From Escherichia phage dhabil, in the sequence record MN850621.1: DNA of 64,000 nt, one strand, 5' to 3'. Of the stretch, positions 57,507 to 64,000 are shown piece after piece; the first letter of the stretch is position 1, and each line of letters opens with the position of its first letter. The position numbers and the translations under genes are program-made. Below the pieces are notes generated by a model. It had not been told where the DNA came from. It did not search any database and saw only the letters and a list, made by a program, of their open reading frames with translations.

Positions 57507-57514
57507 TATAAATA
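57507..57514 (+). promoter_or_regulatory. late promoter (TATAAATA) for gene 9
   Basis: Plus-strand TATAAATA about 27 nt upstream of gene 9 ATG, after a hairpin. Confidence 0.6.
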
Positions 57515-57540
57515 CATTATATCAATAATGAGGCATACCT

Positions 57541-58401
57541 ATGATTAAGCAAACTGGTAAATTACTAATTGACGTTGGTGAAATTGGTAATGCTAGCACC
57601 GGCGACATTCTTTATGACGGTGGTGTTAAACTAAACACCGACTTAAACAACATCTATAATACCTTTGGTGACCAACGTAAAACCGCTCTTACAGGCGAAA
57701 CTACCGGTCAGAAATTACATGCCACTGGATACTATCAAAAATTTGGCGATACCGACCAAGCAAGTTCTGTTGACCTTGGTTCTTTGGTTGATATTGATGC
57801 TTCTACAGGTTCTATAGTGTTAACCACGGTAAAAGGAGCCGTAGGTGAAGGTATTGAAATAATTAACTCTAATGGAAGTATTTCAGCTACCAACTATCTT
57901 GAAATCCGTATATTGGATTCGTTTTTAAACCATCCTACATCAACCCTAAGAATAGTAACTCCTTATACTAGAGTTCTATTATGGTGTGTAAGTGACATCA
58001 ACGGTATAGCTGTATGGGATTATTCTATTGAGAGCATGTTTGGTGATAAACGAGTGCCGTTAAATAGAACATATAACATTTCTAACGTACCTAGAGATAT
58101 ACCGGTGGTTTTTTCAGGTCAATATTCTTTGGTCAAGCTTTTAGTTACCGCAGTAAATGCTAATGAAACCATTTATAAAGCTTCTGAATATCTTTTGTTT
58201 ATGGATAACCAAGCTAAAAAAATATATTCCACCGAATATGCTGTTATCCGTCGTGGACAGACCACTGATGAAGACGAAATTTACAAACTCGATTTTAAAT
58301 TTGATACCTCTAACTATATAGTGGCTACGGCATCATCTGAAACCCCTATGAGATTAGCAATTAAAGTCGTAGATACCCAAACTATTGGAGTTCCATTATA
58401 A
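57541..58401 (+). CDS. 9: baseplate wedge / long tail fibre socket gp9
   Basis: 286 aa; late promoter TATAAATA upstream; size and position of T4 gp9. Confidence 0.88.
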   Translation: MIKQTGKLLIDVGEIGNASTGDILYDGGVKLNTDLNNIYNTFGDQRKTALTGETTGQKLHATGYYQKFGDTDQASSVDLGSLVDIDASTGSIVLTTVKGAVGEGIEIINSNGSISATNYLEIRILDSFLNHPTSTLRIVTPYTRVLLWCVSDINGIAVWDYSIESMFGDKRVPLNRTYNISNVPRDIPVVFSGQYSLVKLLVTAVNANETIYKASEYLLFMDNQAKKIYSTEYAVIRRGQTTDEDEIYKLDFKFDTSNYIVATASSETPMRLAIKVVDTQTIGVPL

Positions 58402-60212
58402 TGAAACAAGAATTAAAAATAGGCCAGGCCGTTGATGATGGCTCCGGAGATTACCTGCGCGCAGGTGGTCTAAAAATCAATAATAACTTTAACGAGTTAT
58501 ACTATCAATTAGGTGATGGAGATAATCCTCACGCTGCTGGTGCCTGGAAACAATATTCTACTGCAGATGGTCCTTTACTTAATGCTGTTATGGGTCATAG
58601 CTATACGTTGAATACCCAGGGTGGAAGGATTAACGTTCAACTTCCTAAAGGTACCCCTTCAGAATATAACTTTGTAATTCGTTTGCGTGACGTTTATTCT
58701 TCTTGGCAAGCTAACCCTGTAACAATTATACCTGCTCCAGGTGATACGATTAAAGGCTCTGCTGTACAGGTTGAAATAGCCCGTAACTTTGCTGACCTTG
58801 AACTTGTCTATTGTGCTCCGGGTCGCTGGGAATATGTTGAGAACAAGCAAGTTAACCGTATTCCAAATAACGACCTCGCTACTGTAGCAACCAAACAGTT
58901 TATTGCTACTGAAGGCCAAACCGATTTCTTGGATATTTTCCCAGGATTAACCTATAATATTTCTAGTCTTAGCGTAATTCAACGTGGTAACACCTTGTTT
59001 TATGGTGTAGATGATATATTTGATGAAGCCACTTCAGAGTTCGGTAGCCCAGGCGCTAACCCAGGCGAATTGGTTGAATTGAACGGTAAAGATATCCGTT
59101 TGAAATATCCATGTGAAGCCGGTGATACAGTAATCATTAAATCCTATAACGATGGATTGGCCCAATGGCGTAGTTCTTATAATCGTCGTGATATTACTAT
59201 TTTAGATAAAACCCTTACCCATGAAACCACAGTTAACGGTTCTAAAGTAGTATTAGACCTTTCTACCATACAGACTATTACCGCGGTGGAATTAAATGTT
59301 TCTCCTACAAGCCCTATTAACCCTAATGCTTGCCAGGTAATGCTTAACAGTACTTTATTGCACCAAGCTGGTACTGCAGGGTTCCCTGCTTTCTATTGTG
59401 AAGGTGTTGATACTGATGATGCAGCTCTTTGTGCTGATTCGGGTGGTGTATGGACACAATCTAAATCTGATTATATTTTGAATATTGCAGATGACGATAA
59501 AATCGAATCATTCGAATTTGGACGTAAATTAGAACATGGTGATATCCTTACCGTAATTTGGTATAATAATGATATTGGTACTACCATGACTATTGATGAG
59601 ATTTTGGATACTACAAATGATATCTACATTTCTCAAGGTCCTTCGGTGTCTTTAACCGGCCAGGTTCGTATTACTGATGTGGATAATCCATTTTCTCCTA
59701 ACTTTGAACCTGTTGCAGAATCCGAAGTTTCTATTAATACGGCTGCAGTGATGTTCGATTTGTTCCATCCAATAGGGACAATTTACGAGAACACGGTGAA
59801 CCCTAATAACCCTGCAACTTATATGGGTATGGGTAGTTGGAAACGTTTATCTGATAGTTTCCTTGTAGGTTGGTCGCCGGATGCAGATTCATTGTTCAAT
59901 GCGAACAATAACGATTTGGATTCTTCTGGTATTCCTAAATCTACCGCAGGTGGAACAGGTGGTTCTCATAATATTTCGATTAAATATGAAAATGTTCCTG
60001 AACTTAATACAGATGACAAGGTATTAGTTGCTGATGATAATGGCCCTATTGTTATCGGTGGATGTTTGGTAGACCCGGATGCACAAGGTCCTGCTTATAC
60101 CAAATATCGTGAAGATAAAGCTACAATAAACAAGCAGCAATCTACAACGCCTATTCCAATTAATACATTGCCTCCATATACAACCGTTTATCGCTGGGTG
60201 AGGATTGCGTAA
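58401..60212 (+). CDS. 10: baseplate wedge protein gp10
   Basis: 603 aa, size and position of T4 gp10. Confidence 0.88.
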   Translation: MKQELKIGQAVDDGSGDYLRAGGLKINNNFNELYYQLGDGDNPHAAGAWKQYSTADGPLLNAVMGHSYTLNTQGGRINVQLPKGTPSEYNFVIRLRDVYSSWQANPVTIIPAPGDTIKGSAVQVEIARNFADLELVYCAPGRWEYVENKQVNRIPNNDLATVATKQFIATEGQTDFLDIFPGLTYNISSLSVIQRGNTLFYGVDDIFDEATSEFGSPGANPGELVELNGKDIRLKYPCEAGDTVIIKSYNDGLAQWRSSYNRRDITILDKTLTHETTVNGSKVVLDLSTIQTITAVELNVSPTSPINPNACQVMLNSTLLHQAGTAGFPAFYCEGVDTDDAALCADSGGVWTQSKSDYILNIADDDKIESFEFGRKLEHGDILTVIWYNNDIGTTMTIDEILDTTNDIYISQGPSVSLTGQVRITDVDNPFSPNFEPVAESEVSINTAAVMFDLFHPIGTIYENTVNPNNPATYMGMGSWKRLSDSFLVGWSPDADSLFNANNNDLDSSGIPKSTAGGTGGSHNISIKYENVPELNTDDKVLVADDNGPIVIGGCLVDPDAQGPAYTKYREDKATINKQQSTTPIPINTLPPYTTVYRWVRIA

Positions 60213-60877
60213 TGACTTTAACAGAAATGAAAAGCGGGTTAAAATCCCGCCTTGCCGACTTTTTAGAATTTTCTTTTACAACTAATCAACCTGCCGCAGT
60301 GGCAGGTCAACGCCCTATTGGTGGTCCATCGGCAAACCAAACCCGAAAAGGCGTTTATTACCCTACAGTCCAAAGTGCTATTGATGATATTGCTTTCCGC
60401 GCAGAACTTCCTGTTAATGCGGTGGTAACTACTACCGAAAACAGAGCGCCTGGCTTTATCCAACAATCTGATAAATTAACTTTCTCTGGCTCCATTTCTT
60501 CTGGTGGCGAATTAGGCGATACGGTTATAATTAAGGTATTTGGTTTGCCTGTTGAAGTTATTGTGGGTGATTCTTCGGTTCTGGTTGCTTCTAAAGTTAA
60601 CGATGTTTTTATAAGCGCTATTGCTAATAGTTATATTTTAGCAGAAACCTCTATCGACCCTCTGGACCAATCTACTTTAAACATTAAATATAACGACTAC
60701 CAAAACCATATTTTTGAGCCATTTAAACAGGCTGGATGTACCATTTCCCAAACTATAGTCCAAGAGCCTCGTGCAGGTTATGGATACTGGGAATATTTAG
60801 GTTCTACTACAGAATCTATGACCGGTGGAACTATAAATGGAACTACAACTTTATATCACTATAAGCGAGTAAGTTAA
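60212..60877 (+). CDS. 11: baseplate wedge protein gp11
   Basis: 221 aa, size and position of T4 gp11. Confidence 0.88.
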   Translation: MTLTEMKSGLKSRLADFLEFSFTTNQPAAVAGQRPIGGPSANQTRKGVYYPTVQSAIDDIAFRAELPVNAVVTTTENRAPGFIQQSDKLTFSGSISSGGELGDTVIIKVFGLPVEVIVGDSSVLVASKVNDVFISAIANSYILAETSIDPLDQSTLNIKYNDYQNHIFEPFKQAGCTISQTIVQEPRAGYGYWEYLGSTTESMTGGTINGTTTLYHYKRVS

Positions 60878-62409
60878 TGTCTACAAATACACTAAAACAT
60901 ATAAGTGATAAATCGGAATTTAAAACATTCGACCCTACCGGGTCGAATTTTGACCCTAGTATTACCAACGTCCAAGACGCCTTATCATCCATTTCTGCTA
61001 TAGGTGTTACAGGTAATATTCCGGCCGCATCCGAAACAGAACAGGGTATTATTAGATTAGCCACCCAACAAGAAGTTATTGATGGCACTGATACTTTCTC
61101 TGCTGTGACCCCGGCTACTTTAAAAGGCCGCTTGGACATTCCTACTCAAGCAACTGAAACCTATGTAGGTATCACACGTTATGCTACTAATGATGAGGCC
61201 ATCGCTGGGACAGAGACCCAGGCTGCAATCGTAGCATCATCTTTGAAGGCTACTATAGATTATACATTCACCAATCGTTTAGCCACAGAGAACACTACAG
61301 GTGTACTCAAGATTTCAACCTTGCCAGCGGCTTTAGCGGGTACAGATGATACTACGGCTATGACGCCTCTTAAAACCGCACAGGCAATTGGAGCCGCTAC
61401 ATCGGCCTTACCAACTTATGCAAGTGCAACACAAACTACTGAAGGTATTGTTAGAATCGCGACAAATGCCGAAGTGGCAAATGGCACATTGACTAATGGC
61501 GTCGCAATTTCTCCATCAGGGCTTATTTCTTTAACTTCTAATACTTCTCGACGTGGACTGGTTCAATTAGCCACTGGAGCTGAAGTTTCGGCCGGAATTG
61601 ATGCAAATAAAGCTATTACGCCTCAAACCCTTTTGTCAAGAACGGGTAATACCGGTAGAATAGGCCTTCTTAAAACCACAACTACCGTGGGTTCTGGCGA
61701 TGGAAGTACAGCATTGGCATATAATGCTAACGTTATTTCTACCACCGGTGGTACTATTAATGGTACTTTAAACGTTAATGGTACTTTACGTCGTAATGGG
61801 CGTGATGTTGTTACTGTCGACCAATTAAAAGATTCTGTTCCTATTGGTACTATCGTTATGTGGGGAGGCCAAATTAACAATATCCCTGCAGGTTGGGCCG
61901 TTTGTGATGGTGGTAACTCTGGTGAGCAAGGATTCCGAAACGTAGTTGGTAGTAAATGGGGCTCAACTGGTGCTCGTCCTGACTTCCGTGGATTATATCC
62001 TAGAGGTGCAAACCAAACTAATGACGGTGGATTAAAAGAATGGGACGCCAACGTTAGAATTAGAGACGCCAAAGGTAACGACGCCAAAGGCAAACCAAAA
62101 TTAGGTGTAGGTTGTGGTTCATATGGACACGGTACAGTACAAGCTCAACAACTTCGGTTCCATAAACATGCAGGTGGTTTTGGTGAACATGATAACGCAG
62201 GTGCTTTTGGTAACACTGTTCGTTCCAACTTTGCCGGTACTCGTAAAGGATTAGACTGGGATAACCGTTCTTACTTTACAAACGAAGGATACGAAATTGA
62301 CGGTTCCGGTTCACGAGATTCAAGAACTACCCTAAACAGTGAAGGGTTAATTGGTAACGAAAACCGTCCTTGGACTATGTCCATCCTATTCATTATTAAA
62401 GTTGCTTAA
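60877..62409 (+). CDS. 12: short tail fibre gp12
   Basis: 510 aa; Thr/Ala/Gly-rich fibrous repeats; size and position of T4 gp12. Confidence 0.88.
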   Translation: MSTNTLKHISDKSEFKTFDPTGSNFDPSITNVQDALSSISAIGVTGNIPAASETEQGIIRLATQQEVIDGTDTFSAVTPATLKGRLDIPTQATETYVGITRYATNDEAIAGTETQAAIVASSLKATIDYTFTNRLATENTTGVLKISTLPAALAGTDDTTAMTPLKTAQAIGAATSALPTYASATQTTEGIVRIATNAEVANGTLTNGVAISPSGLISLTSNTSRRGLVQLATGAEVSAGIDANKAITPQTLLSRTGNTGRIGLLKTTTTVGSGDGSTALAYNANVISTTGGTINGTLNVNGTLRRNGRDVVTVDQLKDSVPIGTIVMWGGQINNIPAGWAVCDGGNSGEQGFRNVVGSKWGSTGARPDFRGLYPRGANQTNDGGLKEWDANVRIRDAKGNDAKGKPKLGVGCGSYGHGTVQAQQLRFHKHAGGFGEHDNAGAFGNTVRSNFAGTRKGLDWDNRSYFTNEGYEIDGSGSRDSRTTLNSEGLIGNENRPWTMSILFIIKVA

Positions 62410-62418
62410 GGAAATAAA

Positions 62419-64000
62419 ATGATTGACAAACTGAGTATTAAAGAACTTCCGTTTGTCGATGGTGTACCTGATGCATCCCAAGAGCGTATCCGTTGGATAC
62501 GCAATGGCGAATGTATTGAAGGAGCCACGACTAAATACGGTCACGACGGTAATTTGAATGCCCCTGCTTTAGGAGTACAAACTAACGTAGTTAGATTAGA
62601 AGAAAACAGCATAGCTTCTAAAGACAAAATTAACGAGCTTGTGGATAACGTTAATTTGATTAATGAAGCCCTTGATATTTCTACTGATACGGCTGTTATT
62701 CAGCAAATTGAAAAGAACCGTGTCGATATATTGGCTGTAGATGAAAAGGCTTCCGAGACTAAAAAGGACTTAGGCGACTTAACAGTTAATTTTAATTTTT
62801 TAGAAGAAGATGTCGGTTATTATGACCCGTCTTTAGATGGCCCGTATCTCACTGTTAGAGAAAATATAAATCTTCTTAAATCAGAAATTGGCCATTATGC
62901 AAACCAAGATATAAACAGCCAGCCGCTTCCTCCCGGTGAAACTTCTGAAGCCACCGGTATGAAACGTCGTATTATGGATAATACCAGTGCTATTGTCGAC
63001 CATTCGCAACGTATAGATACCCTTGAAAAGAATTATGAAGATTCTGATGTAGGTCAACTTGGGCTTAAACTTAACGAAATTCGTGAAGAACTTGGTCCAC
63101 ATATTGATACGGTAGGTAAACAACCTGCTTATACTAGAATTTCAGCTCTCGAAACGGCAGCCGTAAACTTTAATGAATCGATAGATTCTATCAAAACCAG
63201 TATAGGCTTTAATAAGGGCTCTATTGATACCAGAGTAACTACATTAGAAACTAAAACGTCTACTTTAGAAAACACTGTTAATAATGGATTGGTCCCTAGG
63301 GTTACTGCAGTAGAAACTGCCATCGGTACTGCCGATACCCCTACGTCTATTAACGGCAGATTGGGCGGCTTGCGTACTGATGTTAATGAGTTAAAAACCA
63401 TAGTTGGTGCTAGTTCATCTGAAGGGCTTCGTTTCCAGGTTTCTGATATAGACCGTAAAATCGGTGCGGATGTGAGTCCGGCAGCAGGAACAATCAATAA
63501 ACGTTTGAACGACCTTACAACTCAAGGCAATACTTCAGCCTCTACTATTCAGGATTTGCAGGCCGAAATTGGTAATAACCAAACAGGCATCAAAGGTTCT
63601 ATTCTTAAAATCACCAACCAAATTGAAGGAACCAACCCTAACGGTAGTACCGTAGAAGAACGAGGATTAATAAACTCGGTTAAAGGCCTTGAAGCTCAGA
63701 TGCCTACTAAATTGGGTGAAGCACCTACTGATGGTAAATTGTATGGACGTAAGGATTCGGCATGGACGGAAATCCTTGATGGTACTACAGAAATCGATGC
63801 AGTAAAAGCTTCTTTATTGGTTACTGATGGTAAGGTATCAGCCTTAACGGCTAGAGTCGATACTAATGACGCCTCCATTTCTTCTCTTGATACCAGAACT
63901 GGTGCTTTAAACACTTCAGTAGGAGAAATTAAAGCCGATGTTGTTTTGTTAAAATCCAAAGACACTGAGCAAGATAATCGTATTACTGCTTTGGAAGAAA
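62419..64000 (+). CDS. wac: fibritin (whisker) wac, 3' end beyond window
   Basis: ATG at 62419 after AAGGAAATAAA; MIDKLSIKELPFVDGVPDASQERIRWIRNGE… resembles T4 fibritin N-terminus; heptad-rich; open to window end. Confidence 0.85.
   Translation, partial: MIDKLSIKELPFVDGVPDASQERIRWIRNGECIEGATTKYGHDGNLNAPALGVQTNVVRLEENSIASKDKINELVDNVNLINEALDISTDTAVIQQIEKNRVDILAVDEKASETKKDLGDLTVNFNFLEEDVGYYDPSLDGPYLTVRENINLLKSEIGHYANQDINSQPLPPGETSEATGMKRRIMDNTSAIVDHSQRIDTLEKNYEDSDVGQLGLKLNEIREELGPHIDTVGKQPAYTRISALETAAVNFNESIDSIKTSIGFNKGSIDTRVTTLETKTSTLENTVNNGLVPRVTAVETAIGTADTPTSINGRLGGLRTDVNELKTIVGASSSEGLRFQVSDIDRKIGADVSPAAGTINKRLNDLTTQGNTSASTIQDLQAEIGNNQTGIKGSILKITNQIEGTNPNGSTVEERGLINSVKGLEAQMPTKLGEAPTDGKLYGRKDSAWTEILDGTTEIDAVKASLLVTDGKVSALTARVDTNDASISSLDTRTGALNTSVGEIKADVVLLKSKDTEQDNRITALEE

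Noticed and set aside
61623-62093. 156-aa minus-strand ORF inside gene 12
   Set aside because: Antisense to a late structural gene with strong T4 similarity; Pro-rich shadow translation of Gly/Thr-rich repeats.

Overview
This window is a segment of a T4-like (T-even type) myovirus genome, and the gene order matches the T4 map across the whole window. I found no clearly new system; the strongest candidates are a tandem array of five small paralogous genes and an ATPase plus nucleotidyltransferase pair, both still unexplained.

Layout:
- Minus strand, about 1-48178: a sugar-nucleotidyltransferase-like gene, lipoprotein, imm-like gene, DNA polymerase gp43, regA, gp62, gp44, gp45, gp46, gp47, late sigma gp55, many small early ORFs, endonuclease VII (gp49), thioredoxin nrdC, thymidine kinase, regB, denV, lysozyme e, nudE, three tRNAs (Arg-TCT, Asn-GTT, Met/Ile-CAT), internal proteins with the MKTY(Q/N)EF capsid-targeting N-terminus, 57B, 57A, gp1, gp3, an HNH endonuclease, gp2 and gp4.
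- Plus strand, 48225 to the window end: baseplate and fibre genes 53, 5, 5.1, 5.4 (PAAR), 6, 7, 8, 9, 10, 11, 12 and the start of wac (fibritin).
- Regulatory signals: at least 16 copies of a conserved early-promoter cassette on the minus strand, T4-type late promoters (TATAAATA) before genes 4, 53, 9, e and the large internal-protein gene, and a family of TTCG-loop terminators.

Product calls rest on motifs I can read in the translations and on remembered similarity to T4 proteins; no database search was run. Two caveats on coordinates: the ORF track sometimes begins ORFs at upstream non-ATG codons, so several starts were moved to an in-frame ATG with a Shine-Dalgarno sequence, and coordinates of promoters, hairpins and RNAs are hand-counted and may be off by 1-2 nt.
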